DNA from: Synergistota bacterium
GTDB lineage: Bacteria; Synergistota; GBS-1
Assembly (NCBI GenBank): GCA_021159885.1
Contig: JAGHDO010000068.1
Location: forward strand, 16,118-80,117
Reading direction: 5' to 3'
Length of the DNA: 64,000 bases
Part shown: one piece after another, positions 11,299-21,605 of the stretch
How the letters are laid out: each line of letters begins with the position of its first letter
Position numbering within the stretch: the first letter of the stretch is position 1
Program-made: the position numbers and the translations under genes
Notes under the pieces: generated by a model
Told to the model about the DNA's origin: nothing
The model's database searches: none
What the model saw: only the letters and a program-made list of their open reading frames with translations

Positions 11299-13240
11299 CC
11301 TTTCCCCCTTCTGGGTACTCAATTCTCGAGTGATACATGCCCCTTAAAACCTTAGTAAACGCTCTTACTATCTTCTCCAAATCCTCGAAGGAAAGAGGTG
11401 ACTCAGAAAGCTGACTATCCTCAACCTTAGCTCTGACTATTTCCCTTACCAAGCTCTCGATCTTGGAGGAGTTCGGTTCCTTCATAAGCCTCGCAGAAGC
11501 CTCTACCGAATCCGCAAGCATAACTATAGCTGCTTCCTTGCTCTGAGGCTTAGGCCCAGGGTATCTAAAATCGTCTGGATCGACATCCTCGCCACGCTCC
11601 TCTTTCGCTCTATGATAAAAGTAGGAAACTATAGTAGTTCCGTGATGCTGAGCTATTATGTCTATGATAGGCTGAGGAAGCCTATACTCCTTCGCAAGCT
11701 CTATCCCATCCTTGACATGCGAGATTATAACTAGAAGACTAAGATTCGGAGTTATTCTTTCATGATAATTATCCTGATCGATCTGATTCTCAACAAAGAG
11801 GTGGGGCCTCCTTATTTTGCCTATGTCATGATAATAGGACCCCACCCTCGCCAAAAGGGGATCAGCCCCAACTACCTCCGCAGCAGCCTCAGCAAGATTG
11901 GCAACAAGCAGGCTGTGGTGATAGGTTCCAGGAGCCTCGACTTGCAGTCTTCTTAAGAGGGGATGAGAGGGATCTGCAAGCTCAAGCAAGCGCAGTGGGG
12001 AAAAGATGTCAAAAAAGTTTTCAACATAAGGCAAAACTCCCATAACAAGTATGCTCGAGCCTACTCCATTTAAAAAACCATAAAAAACGTTAAGAAAGAG
12101 CTCCCTGAAAGATGAGTTTAGAAACAAACCTATGGCAGCAAGCGATACCGAATTAGCAAGACTCATAAACGTACCTGCTCTTATAAAAGCTCCTCTATGT
12201 CTTATATTTCTCACATATTTTATGCCTATTAATCCCCCAAAGAGCCCCAGTGCCAACGGTGTGAGCCCCGCTTCTCTAAAGAAGCTCAAAGCGAAAGCCA
12301 TGACCATTGTCATAAATATGCTAAATCTCGGATTAACGAGAATAGCATACGATAGGGAAATTATCCCTATGGGGACGAGAGCTGGAGAAACTGACGTCAG
12401 AAACTTACCTGCAAGCAGAATAGCGGAAGAAGATGTAAGGAGAAAAAGAAGAAATCCATTATCTTTCAGCTTATCCGTATACCATTCATCTATGTAAACG
12501 AAGCTTATCCATACGAGAAGGACAGATAAAACAGCGATCGCAAGAACTTTAAAGAGGAGTCCTTCTCCCAAAAGGCCAAGAGATTTGAGAATCAAGAGGT
12601 GTTCTCTCTTCAGTTTCTCTCCCTTGCGTACTATAAGCTCACCCCTTTGAACTTTTATCACAACCGGCTTAATCTCTTTCATAGCAAGCCGTCTCTGTCT
12701 CTCCGTTTCCTTCTCATCAAATCTAAGATTAGGTTTCAAGTTTCTTAAAAGAATTTCCTTTAGCTTAGCTATAATAGGGCTCGGAACTGCAAGCTCAGAA
12801 GCACTTTTTAAAACTCTATCAACAAAGGAGGAAAGCTCCTCTGCTGAGACACCGTCTTTAAAGCCTTTCTTAACGAGCTTAAATATATAATCCTTTTGCT
12901 CAGGGAGCAAATCCTTGAGAGACGAAAGCTTGGAGGAAAGCCTTTGCAAAACCTCGCGAGTTATATCCTCATCTATTACAAAAACCTTCTTAATCCTTGA
13001 AGCCGCTTCCTTTTTAAGTCTCTCAGTGGCCTCTCTATCCAGTATCTCAGCATCCTGAGGAGCAACTATATCATAAGGTGCCTTCTCACCAACCCTTAAG
13101 GGAATCCCCAGTACCGATACCCAATCCCACGAGAGGGTAAAAAAGGTTATCCCCCAAAAGGCAATTAGCATCAATATAGCATGTCTTTTCTCCTTCCATA
13201 GAAGAGCCCATTTAGATGCTCCCTTCTTTTTCGACGTCAT
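11213..13240 (-). CDS. 7TM-HD phosphohydrolase (PgpH-like c-di-AMP phosphodiesterase)
   Basis: Extracellular domain, TM bundle, APGTYHHS, YYHDIGK, QHHGT, FRYPGPKP; lies between phoH and ybeY. Confidence 0.9.
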   Translation of the reverse strand: MTSKKKGASKWALLWKEKRHAILMLIAFWGITFFTLSWDWVSVLGIPLRVGEKAPYDIVAPQDAEILDREATERLKKEAASRIKKVFVIDEDITREVLQRLSSKLSSLKDLLPEQKDYIFKLVKKGFKDGVSAEELSSFVDRVLKSASELAVPSPIIAKLKEILLRNLKPNLRFDEKETERQRRLAMKEIKPVVIKVQRGELIVRKGEKLKREHLLILKSLGLLGEGLLFKVLAIAVLSVLLVWISFVYIDEWYTDKLKDNGFLLFLLTSSSAILLAGKFLTSVSPALVPIGIISLSYAILVNPRFSIFMTMVMAFALSFFREAGLTPLALGLFGGLIGIKYVRNIRHRGAFIRAGTFMSLANSVSLAAIGLFLNSSFRELFLNVFYGFLNGVGSSILVMGVLPYVENFFDIFSPLRLLELADPSHPLLRRLQVEAPGTYHHSLLVANLAEAAAEVVGADPLLARVGSYYHDIGKIRRPHLFVENQIDQDNYHERITPNLSLLVIISHVKDGIELAKEYRLPQPIIDIIAQHHGTTIVSYFYHRAKEERGEDVDPDDFRYPGPKPQSKEAAIVMLADSVEASARLMKEPNSSKIESLVREIVRAKVEDSQLSESPLSFEDLEKIVRAFTKVLRGMYHSRIEYPEGGKDVEGANKRSKEAIKEGKAKSERGERDSS

Positions 13241-14210
13241 CTTCCCTCCTCATTTCATATTCCTCGTAAGCTTTAACAATCTTTTGAACAAGTTCGTGTC
13301 TGACAACGTCTTGATCGGTAAGGTACACGAAAGCTATACCGCTTATTCCAACAAGGATATCCCTTACCTCTATAAGTCCGGACCTTTTACCCGGAAGGTC
13401 TACTTGGGTTATATCACCGGTTATCACCATTTTAGAACCAAAACCAAGCCTGGTTAGAAACATTTTCATCTGCTCCGGGGTAGCATTCTGCGCCTCATCA
13501 AGTATCACGAAGGCATCGTTTAAGGTTCTTCCCCTCATGTAAGCCAAGGGTGCTATCTCTATCGCCCCACTCTCAACTAACTTTTGGAATCTCTCAACAC
13601 CGAGCATTTCATAAAGAGCATCATAAAGAGGCCTTAAATAGGGTTCTATCTTCTCTTTAAGATCCCCAGGCAAGAAACCAAGTTTTTCCCCAGCCTCAAC
13701 GGCGGGTCTAACCAGTATAATCCTCCCTACCTTTCTCCCCTGAAGAAATGAAACGGCCACCGCCACCGCGAGATATGTCTTACCAGTGCCCGCGGGTCCT
13801 ATAGCAAAGGTTATATCATTTTTCCTTATAGCCTCAACATACTTCTTTTGACCGATGGTTTTAGGCCTTATAAGTTTACCTCTTTCTGTAATCTGAATTA
13901 CATCTCCATATAGCTCACCAAGCCTGAGATTTTTCCCTTGTTTTAGCATTCTTATGCTATACTTGAGCTCCTTCAACGTTATAGGATGCCCCTTTCGAGC
14001 TATCTCCATCATTTCCTGAAAAAGTATGCCCGCTTTCCTAACGGATTCCTCATCACTACCAACCATAACAAGCTCGTTTCCTCGCGGGAAAATCCTAACA
14101 TTAAAGCTTTTTTCAACGAACCTCAGATTTTCGTCTTCCTTTCCCGCAACGTTTATCATAACGGCATCATCATCCGCCCAGAACCTTATTTCCCTTCTGG
14201 AACTGACCAC
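13212..14210 (-). CDS. phoH: PhoH-family ATPase
   Basis: GPAGTGKT, LGFLPGD, APLAYMRGRTL, DEAQN. Confidence 0.95.
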   Translation of the reverse strand: MVSSRREIRFWADDDAVMINVAGKEDENLRFVEKSFNVRIFPRGNELVMVGSDEESVRKAGILFQEMMEIARKGHPITLKELKYSIRMLKQGKNLRLGELYGDVIQITERGKLIRPKTIGQKKYVEAIRKNDITFAIGPAGTGKTYLAVAVAVSFLQGRKVGRIILVRPAVEAGEKLGFLPGDLKEKIEPYLRPLYDALYEMLGVERFQKLVESGAIEIAPLAYMRGRTLNDAFVILDEAQNATPEQMKMFLTRLGFGSKMVITGDITQVDLPGKRSGLIEVRDILVGISGIAFVYLTDQDVVRHELVQKIVKAYEEYEMRREDDVEKEGSI

Positions 14211-14228
14211 GCTTTAAAAATCACCCCC

Positions 14229-14459
14229 TTAAACGGACTCTACTTTCTTCACTTCTGGAACATGCTTTCTTATCGTACTTTCTACCATCCCCTTCAAGGT
14301 AAGCGTAGCAAAGGGGCATCCCCCGCAATGCCCGGTTAGCCGGATTCTGACCGTGCCATCTTCCTCAATGCTCACGAGCTCCGCACCTCCACCATCAGCT
14401 GCAAGATAGGGGTTAACCAGCTTATCCAACACCTCTTTTACTTTCTCCTCAAGTCCCAT
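14229..14459 (-). CDS. NifU/NfuA C-terminal domain Fe-S carrier
   Basis: PYLAADGG and GHCGGCP motifs. Confidence 0.9.
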   Translation of the reverse strand: MGLEEKVKEVLDKLVNPYLAADGGGAELVSIEEDGTVRIRLTGHCGGCPFATLTLKGMVESTIRKHVPEVKKVESV

Positions 14460-14474
14460 TAGGCAAAACCTCCT

Positions 14475-15869
14475 TTAAACAGGATATGCATAATCATCCC
14501 ACGGATCTTCAAAACCTATATCGACCTTACACTTTCTGGCATACTTTCTCATCAGAAACTCGAGCGCAACTTGAGGGAAAAGAGCATAAGTTAAAACATC
14601 TTCTGGTTCCATTGCAAATATACCAAGCTCTTTCTTACACCTGTCGAGTATGGGTTCTAAAAGATCCGCTGGTCTACAATCTATAGGCTCCTCATCACCT
14701 ATAGCCTTTTTCTTGATCTCCGGATCTATGGGACCCGGAGGTCTACCATAAAAGCCCTTTATATAATCTCGCACTTCCTTAGGAATAACCTTATCTCTCT
14801 CACCGAGAAGGACATTTAAAGCAGCCTGTGTTCCAACGACCTGACTCGTTGGCGTCACGAGCGGAGGATAGCCGAGCTCTTTTCTAACCCTCGGAACTTC
14901 CTCAAGCACCGCCTGAAGCTTATCTAAAGCATTCTGCTCTTTAAGCTGGCTTACCAAGTTAGAGTACATACCTCCTGGAATTTGATATATTAGAATATTT
15001 ATGTTAACTATGGGATCTATAAGCTTATCCCTGTGATTTTCCCTGACCTTTCTGAAATATTCTGATATACAGACCAGAGCATCTAAGTCTATACCCGTAT
15101 CATACTCAGTTCCCCTAAGGACATAAACCATGGTTTCAGTAGGAGGATGAGAAGTACCAAGCGCAAAGGGAGACATCGCGGTATCTACAACATCAGCGCC
15201 AGCCTCTATAGCCTTAAGAAGGGTCATAGAGGCCATACCGCTGGTATAATGAGAGTGGACTTGAACGGGTATATCAAATCGTTCCTTTATAGATTTAACA
15301 AGTTCATAAGCAGCGCTGGGAGAAAGAAGCCCCGCCATATCCTTTATGCAAATGGAGTCCGCTCCAAGCTCCACCATTTCCTTTACCATTTCCATATATT
15401 TATCAAGCGTGTGAACCGGAGATATAGTATAGCTTATCGAAAGCTGAACGTGCGCTCCTTCCCTCTTGGCGGTCTCAGCAGCAACTTCCATATTTCGGAC
15501 GTCGTTTAAAGCATCAAATATTCTGAATATACTTATGCCGTTTGCTACCGCCCTCTTGACAAACTCCCTCACGACATCGTCCGGATAATTTCTATATCCC
15601 ACGATATTCTGTCCGCGCAGAAGCATCTGCAAGGGAGTTTTTCTAAATCTCTTTTTAAGCTCTCTTAACCTCTCCCATGGGTCTTCATCGAGAAACCTTA
15701 TACAGGAATCAAAAGTGGCTCCTCCCCAGACCTCTACCGAGTGAAAGCCTACCTCATCCATTGCCTCCGCTATGGGAAGCATCTCATCGGTTCTCATTCT
15801 CGTGGCTATGAGAGATTGATGACCATCTCTTAACGTTAAATCCGTTATACCTATTTTCCTTTTAGACAT
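14475..15869 (-). CDS. pyruvate/oxaloacetate carboxyltransferase subunit (OadA/PycB-like, no biotinyl domain)
   Basis: LRDGHQSL, WGGATFD, IKDMAG, HSH, QIPGGM, YPPLVTPTSQ. Confidence 0.9.
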   Translation of the reverse strand: MSKRKIGITDLTLRDGHQSLIATRMRTDEMLPIAEAMDEVGFHSVEVWGGATFDSCIRFLDEDPWERLRELKKRFRKTPLQMLLRGQNIVGYRNYPDDVVREFVKRAVANGISIFRIFDALNDVRNMEVAAETAKREGAHVQLSISYTISPVHTLDKYMEMVKEMVELGADSICIKDMAGLLSPSAAYELVKSIKERFDIPVQVHSHYTSGMASMTLLKAIEAGADVVDTAMSPFALGTSHPPTETMVYVLRGTEYDTGIDLDALVCISEYFRKVRENHRDKLIDPIVNINILIYQIPGGMYSNLVSQLKEQNALDKLQAVLEEVPRVRKELGYPPLVTPTSQVVGTQAALNVLLGERDKVIPKEVRDYIKGFYGRPPGPIDPEIKKKAIGDEEPIDCRPADLLEPILDRCKKELGIFAMEPEDVLTYALFPQVALEFLMRKYARKCKVDIGFEDPWDDYAYPV

Positions 15870-15870
15870 A

Positions 15871-16647
15871 TTATAGCACCTCTTTCTTTTTTGCCTCCTC
15901 CCACCATCTTTCCATCTCTTCTAAACTAAATGATGAAAGCGGTTTGTTTTCTTCCTTAGCCTTATTCTCTATATAGAGAAATCTTCTTTTAAACTTCTCA
16001 TTAATTGAATGAAGCGCGATCTCCGGATTCACGCCGATGAACCTCGCTAAGTTAACTATCGCGAAGAGGAGATCACCGAGCTCCTCCTCCATCTTACCGC
16101 GATCCCCCTTAGAATACGCTTCCCTAAATTCCTTCCACTCCTCCTCTACCTTTTTCATCACCTCCTCAGTCCTATTCCAGTCAAAGCCGACTCTCCTTGC
16201 CCTCTCCTGAAGCTCATACGCTCGCAACAAGGCAGGAAGATGCGGTGGAACACCATCTAAAATCGATTTCTTTTTCTTCTCCTTTTTCTTCATTGCCTCC
16301 CAGTTTAGCAAAACTTCGTCTGAATCCTTAAACCTCTTATCACCGAAAACATGAGGATGTCTCCTTATAAGCTTATCATTGATGCCTCTAATCACATCCT
16401 TTATATCGAACAACCCTTCTTCCTTGGCTATCTGCGCTTGAAATATTATCTGAAGAAGAAGATCCCCAAGTTCCTCTTCCAGAGAAGAAAAGTCCCTGCT
16501 CTTTATCGCATCCACAACTTCATAAGCTTCCTCAAGAAGATAAGAAAGCAAACTGTCTAAGGTCTGCTTCTTATCCCAAGGACAACCATTCTCACCGCGT
16601 AGCTTCTCCATTATGCCAACGAGACGTTCAAATTCTTTTCCCGCCAT
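15871..16647 (-). CDS. mazG: nucleoside triphosphate pyrophosphohydrolase MazG
   Basis: GCPWD, EEAYEV, EELGDLL twice, RRHPHVF. Confidence 0.95.
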   Translation of the reverse strand: MAGKEFERLVGIMEKLRGENGCPWDKKQTLDSLLSYLLEEAYEVVDAIKSRDFSSLEEELGDLLLQIIFQAQIAKEEGLFDIKDVIRGINDKLIRRHPHVFGDKRFKDSDEVLLNWEAMKKKEKKKKSILDGVPPHLPALLRAYELQERARRVGFDWNRTEEVMKKVEEEWKEFREAYSKGDRGKMEEELGDLLFAIVNLARFIGVNPEIALHSINEKFKRRFLYIENKAKEENKPLSSFSLEEMERWWEEAKKKEVL

Positions 16648-19397
16648 GCTTCCCTCATCTCCTTAAGATCCGTAAGCGTTTTTGATAATACCCTTTGAAC
16701 CCCATTTAAGGAGAGAGAATCTCTCTCAAATCGCAGGTTATCCCCACAAAAGCCAACGGAGAGAAGGTATCTCCTCACATCCGATCTTCCACCCCATATG
16801 GCAGGATGGAGCAAAAGCCGAAGCCCTCCCTTCCTGAAGGAAATTTCAGAAACGCCAGCCTCTTCTGCCATAACTTTAAAATGAATCGTTTTAAACAGAT
16901 TTTCAACTGGCATTGGAATCTCGCCAAATCTTTCCTTAAGTTCAGCTCGCAAGTCCTCAAGATCATCTATGGAATTTATTCCGATAAGCCTCCTGTAGTA
17001 GTAAAGCCTCTCCTCTCCCTCTTTAACATAGCCCTCCGGTATAAAGGCATCAAGCCCAAGATCAACTTTTGCAGAAATCACTCGCGGAAGCTCACCCTTA
17101 AGAGAGGTAATTGCCTCTTCAAGCATCTTAGAATAGAGGTGAAAACCAACTGCATTGACAAATCCATGTTGCTCCGGGCCAAGAATGTTTCCCACGCCTC
17201 GGATTTGCATGTCTCTTAGAGCAAGTCTCAGAGACGAGCCAAGCTCTCCAAACTCCTTGATGGCTTCGAGCCTCTTAATCGCTGAATCCGTAAGCGAATC
17301 CTCATTCTCATATAGAAAGTAAACGTATGCTTGCTTATCCGCCCTTCCCACTCTTCCTCTAAGCTGATAGAGCTGAGCCAAGCCAAGTCTTTCCGCTCCA
17401 CGAACCAGCAAGGTATTAGCGGAAGGAATATCAAGACCATTTTCGATTATCGTTGTGCATATCAAAACATTGATTTCACCCGATATAAAATCAAGCATCA
17501 CCTTCTCAAGACGCTCCTCTCCCATCTTTCCGTGAGCAATGCCTATCCTTGCAAAAGGAACGAGCTTAGAGATTCTCTTAGCAAACGAGATCAGATCCTC
17601 CACTCTGTTATGAACCACAAAAACTTGCCCGCCTCTCTCGAGCTCGCGGATTATCGCTTTCCTGACGAGCTCATTATCCCATTTCCCAACGTATATTTCT
17701 ACATTTCTTCTCCCAGCGGGAGGAGTGTTTATTACACTTATATCTTTTATTCCACTTAAGCTCAAGTAAAGCGTCCTTGGTATAGGCGTAGCTGTTAGAG
17801 TCAATACATCTACGTCCACTCTCATTTTTTTTAGCTTTTCCTTCTGCATAACGCCAAATCTCTGTTCCTCATCTATTATAAGCAGCCCAAGATCCTTGAA
17901 GGTTATGGCATCGCTTAAAAGCATATGCGTACCTACAACTATATCGATGCTTCCCTTTCTTATTCCTTCCATAACCTCACTTTGCTCTCTCCTTGAGAGA
18001 AACCTGCTTAGCATAGCCACATTCACGGGAAAGCCTTCCATCCTCCTCTTTATGTTGAGATAGTGTTGAAAGGCGAGAACCGTGGTAGGGCATAAGAAAG
18101 CAACCTGCTTGCCATCCATAACTGCTTTAAAAGCAGCTCTAAAGGCAACCTCCGTTTTACCGTATCCCACATCCCCGCAGATCAATCTGTCCATGGGACG
18201 AGTAGACTCCATATCCCTTTTGACATCCTCTATTGCTCTCAGTTGATCTGGCGTCTCATCATATTCAAATCTCGCCTCAAATTCTCTTTGCCATTCGGTA
18301 TCCTTCGAGAAAGCATATCCCGGTGAAACGCTCCTTAAAGCATATATTCTTACGAGTTCCTTAGCTATATTCTCTACGTTTTTTTTAACCCTCTTCTTGA
18401 GAGCAGACCATCCGCTTCTTTTAAGGCTGGCTAAGGGAGGAGACTCAGTCCCACCGAGATATGGAGAAACCTTATCGATCTTGCTCGAGGGAACGTAAAG
18501 CTTTTCGCCATTTGCATACTCAAGAAGAAGATAATCACCCTCAACCCCATCGACCTTTATCCGTTTTATTCCCCTGAATATGGCTATTCCATAATCTTCA
18601 TGAACAACATAGTCTCCCTCGCTAAAGGAGAGCTCTCTTTCAAGAACACCGGGGAGATGAGGATTCCAAGGAATGTTTAAGCCATCTTCTATATCCTCTC
18701 TGTATAAGAGAAGAAACGGCTGTTCTGCTTTTCGTGGAATCGAAATATTCTCTATCGGATAAGCCCATATAACAAGTGAATCCCGAGATAGAAACTCCCA
18801 AAAACGCCCTTCTTCTCCCATATTGGGTGGAGGAATTCTATACTTTTTAAGGCTCCTTGCCCTCGCCAAAGGATCATCAGGATCTGATAATCCTATATAG
18901 TCCACCTCCTCCCCATAAAGGGAAACGGTTATAAGTCCCTCAGGTGTTCTTATCTCGAAGACATCCCCCCTTACCGTAAATTCTCCTCTATCGAGAGGGG
19001 GTTCGCTTCTCCTATAGCCAGCTTCTTTAAGGAAGGAAAGAAGCCTGCCATACCCAAGGTACTCACCTTTCACCACCGTCAAGGTCTCTCCACGTATAAA
19101 GTCTCTCGAAAGCGCAAGCCATTGTGGCATAATGATGATAAGGTCTCCTCTTAGTGAGAAAAATTCCTCGACACTCCTTACTCGAAAAACGCTTCCTGGA
19201 AAGGCAGAAGCAAGACCCTCCTCAACATCGGAAAGAATAGCCCCCTCTGGCAGGATAAGACATACGTTTCCCCAGGGGCTGTTAAAAAGCTTTCTAATTA
19301 TATACCAAATACCGCCTTTTCTGACCCTGCCTACTCGAACGCATCTTTCCGTTATTAATTTATCTCTAAGCTTATCTATAAAGGATTTACTGCTCAT
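16611..19397 (-). CDS. mfd: transcription-repair coupling factor Mfd (short N-terminus)
   Basis: RID (GDYVVHEDYGIA), GDVGYGKT, DEEQRFG, TATPIPRT, QLRGRVGR and TRCF domain. Confidence 0.93.
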   Translation of the reverse strand: MSSKSFIDKLRDKLITERCVRVGRVRKGGIWYIIRKLFNSPWGNVCLILPEGAILSDVEEGLASAFPGSVFRVRSVEEFFSLRGDLIIIMPQWLALSRDFIRGETLTVVKGEYLGYGRLLSFLKEAGYRRSEPPLDRGEFTVRGDVFEIRTPEGLITVSLYGEEVDYIGLSDPDDPLARARSLKKYRIPPPNMGEEGRFWEFLSRDSLVIWAYPIENISIPRKAEQPFLLLYREDIEDGLNIPWNPHLPGVLERELSFSEGDYVVHEDYGIAIFRGIKRIKVDGVEGDYLLLEYANGEKLYVPSSKIDKVSPYLGGTESPPLASLKRSGWSALKKRVKKNVENIAKELVRIYALRSVSPGYAFSKDTEWQREFEARFEYDETPDQLRAIEDVKRDMESTRPMDRLICGDVGYGKTEVAFRAAFKAVMDGKQVAFLCPTTVLAFQHYLNIKRRMEGFPVNVAMLSRFLSRREQSEVMEGIRKGSIDIVVGTHMLLSDAITFKDLGLLIIDEEQRFGVMQKEKLKKMRVDVDVLTLTATPIPRTLYLSLSGIKDISVINTPPAGRRNVEIYVGKWDNELVRKAIIRELERGGQVFVVHNRVEDLISFAKRISKLVPFARIGIAHGKMGEERLEKVMLDFISGEINVLICTTIIENGLDIPSANTLLVRGAERLGLAQLYQLRGRVGRADKQAYVYFLYENEDSLTDSAIKRLEAIKEFGELGSSLRLALRDMQIRGVGNILGPEQHGFVNAVGFHLYSKMLEEAITSLKGELPRVISAKVDLGLDAFIPEGYVKEGEERLYYYRRLIGINSIDDLEDLRAELKERFGEIPMPVENLFKTIHFKVMAEEAGVSEISFRKGGLRLLLHPAIWGGRSDVRRYLLSVGFCGDNLRFERDSLSLNGVQRVLSKTLTDLKEMREAWREKNLNVSLA

Positions 19398-19965
19398 CTT
19401 CCGAACTACCTTTAAAATTAAAGTTATAAATAGACATGGCTTTCTCTATCCCATCGCTTAAGATGGATTCAATCGCATCTGCAGCCCTTGATAGAAAGAG
19501 AGGAAGTATCCTCATCTCTTCATCACTAAATTCACTAAGGACGAAATATTCATATCCCTGCGGAGGCGGAGGCCCTATACCCAGACGAACACGCGGGATC
19601 TCCCGCGTTCCAAGCGCGGTTATAATTGATTCCATACCCCTGTGTCCACCAGAGCTTCCTGACTTTCTTATCCTTATACTCCCAAAGGGAAGATGAAGAT
19701 CATCATATATTATCAAGAAATCAGAAGGCGAGGCTCCATACCTCAGACTTAACTCCCTAAGAGCCTCGCCACTCCTATTCATATAAGTCATCGGTTTTAC
19801 CAGTACTATTTCTTTCCCCTTCCTGCCTATAAGAGCATTACATTCATATACCTCTACTCTTACCCCCCATCTCCCCGAAAGAAGATCTATTACCCTAAAA
19901 CCTATATTATGCCTTGTAAATTCATATTTAGAACCTGGGTTCCCCAAACCTACTATAAATCGCAA
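19387..19965 (-). CDS. pth: peptidyl-tRNA hydrolase
   Basis: GLGNPG, TRHNIGF, KPMTYMNRSG, GGHRG. Confidence 0.96.
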   Translation of the reverse strand: MRFIVGLGNPGSKYEFTRHNIGFRVIDLLSGRWGVRVEVYECNALIGRKGKEIVLVKPMTYMNRSGEALRELSLRYGASPSDFLIIYDDLHLPFGSIRIRKSGSSGGHRGMESIITALGTREIPRVRLGIGPPPPQGYEYFVLSEFSDEEMRILPLFLSRAADAIESILSDGIEKAMSIYNFNFKGSSEDEQ

Positions 19966-19974
19966 GCGAGCGCG

Positions 19975-20625
19975 TTACTCCTCCTCCTTTTCCTTGCCCT
20001 TAGGAGCAACCTCAGGCTCCGCAGCCTCCTCTTCCTCCACTGCTTCCTCGGCCACTTCTTCCTCAACGGGCTCAGATATAACTACCACCGTTGTCTCAGG
20101 ATCCTCAAGCACCTTAACTCCTTCGGGAAGCTTAAGATCCTCAACGTGAATCGCATCTCCCATTTCAAGTTCGGTTATGTCTACCTCTATCCTCTCAGGG
20201 ATATTTCTCGGTAGACACTCAACCTCAACACTCCAAAGCTGTTGCTCAAGTATCCCTCCCATCTTGACTCCCTTACAAACATCCTTTCCCAAAAGAACGA
20301 TGGGAACCTCAACCGTAACCATCTTGCCCTTCTCAAGCTCGAGAAAGTCAAGATGCACAATTTCGTCTGTCAAAGGATCAACCTGAATTTCCTTAAGAAG
20401 AACATCGTAGCCCCTGCCATCATCGAGCTTAATGGTATAAACGGTATGCTCAAGATCCTTGAATGATACCTTTCTGACAATTTCTTTCCTCTCAAACTTA
20501 ATCGGAATACTTCCAGCACTGCCACCATAGAGAATGGCAGGTATAAAACCATTCCTCCTTAGCCTCTTAGATTCGCCTTTTCCTATCCTTTCTCTAACGT
20601 AAGCTCTAAGCTCAGATGCCTTCAT
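19975..20625 (-). CDS. rplY: 50S ribosomal protein L25/Ctc
   Basis: IPAILYG, HLDF, GVKMGG and acidic tail; prs-rplY-pth context. Confidence 0.95.
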   Translation of the reverse strand: MKASELRAYVRERIGKGESKRLRRNGFIPAILYGGSAGSIPIKFERKEIVRKVSFKDLEHTVYTIKLDDGRGYDVLLKEIQVDPLTDEIVHLDFLELEKGKMVTVEVPIVLLGKDVCKGVKMGGILEQQLWSVEVECLPRNIPERIEVDITELEMGDAIHVEDLKLPEGVKVLEDPETTVVVISEPVEEEVAEEAVEEEEAAEPEVAPKGKEKEEE

Positions 20626-21605
20626 TTTTCTCCCTCCCGCTTAAACAGCATACTTACCGACAGATTATAATGTATCCTTCTTATCGCCTCCGCAAATAGA
20701 GGCGCCATCGACCTTATCTCTATCTTATCTATTTTCTTTTCTGGAGATAGAGGAATGGTATCGGTCAATAAGACCTCCTTTATCCTGGAGTTTTTTAATC
20801 TTTCTATAGCTTTACCCGATAGAACCGCATGGGTAGCACACGCGTAAACCTCGGTTGCTCCCCTTTCCAATATAGCTTCAGAAGCGTTAACAATAGTTCC
20901 AGCGGTATCTATTATATCATCTACTATTATGGCTATCCTGTTTTTGACCTCTCCAACCACCTCCATGACCTCAGAAACGTTAGGAATCTCTCTGGGTCTT
21001 CTCTTATCAACGATAGCAATGGCAGCCTTCAAATGCTCTGCAAATTTCCTTGCCCTAACCACACCTCCAACGTCGGGAGATACAACAACTATATCATCCC
21101 TTTCTCCAAGCTTCTTAGCAAAATAATCCGCCAATATGGGAATAGCAGTTAGATGATCAAGAGGAATATCGAAAAATCCCTGAATCTGACCCGCATGAAG
21201 ATCCGCCGTTAGAACCCTATCTGCACCAGCAGTTGTTATAAGATTAGCGACAAGCTTAGCAGTTATGGGCTCTCTTCCTTGTGTTTTTCTATCCTGACGC
21301 GCATATCCATAGTATGGAATAACCGCTGTGATTCTCGCTGCAGATGCTCTTCTCAGTGCATCGAGCATAATGAGAAGCTCCATAAGATTCTTATCCCCGG
21401 GATAGCAAGTAGGCTGAATCACGAAGACATCCGCACCTCTTACGTTTTCCTCAATCCTTATATATATTTCTCCATCACTGAACCGAGATATCTTGGCATT
21501 AGAAAGTCTTGTCCCCATGTGAGAAGCTACCGCCTCAGCGAACTCGGGATTAGCAGTCCCCGAAAAAATCTTCAAACCGCTGTCAGAGGAAAAGCGATCA
21601 ACCAT
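20622..21605 (-). CDS. prs: ribose-phosphate pyrophosphokinase
   Basis: [35 protein letters not shown]. Confidence 0.97.
   Translation of the reverse strand: MVDRFSSDSGLKIFSGTANPEFAEAVASHMGTRLSNAKISRFSDGEIYIRIEENVRGADVFVIQPTCYPGDKNLMELLIMLDALRRASAARITAVIPYYGYARQDRKTQGREPITAKLVANLITTAGADRVLTADLHAGQIQGFFDIPLDHLTAIPILADYFAKKLGERDDIVVVSPDVGGVVRARKFAEHLKAAIAIVDKRRPREIPNVSEVMEVVGEVKNRIAIIVDDIIDTAGTIVNASEAILERGATEVYACATHAVLSGKAIERLKNSRIKEVLLTDTIPLSPEKKIDKIEIRSMAPLFAEAIRRIHYNLSVSMLFKREGEK

Noticed and set aside
15870-15878. TGcTATAAT directly before the carboxyltransferase ATG
   Set aside because: It is the mazG end (GTG CTA TAA) and is too close to the ATG to act as its -10.
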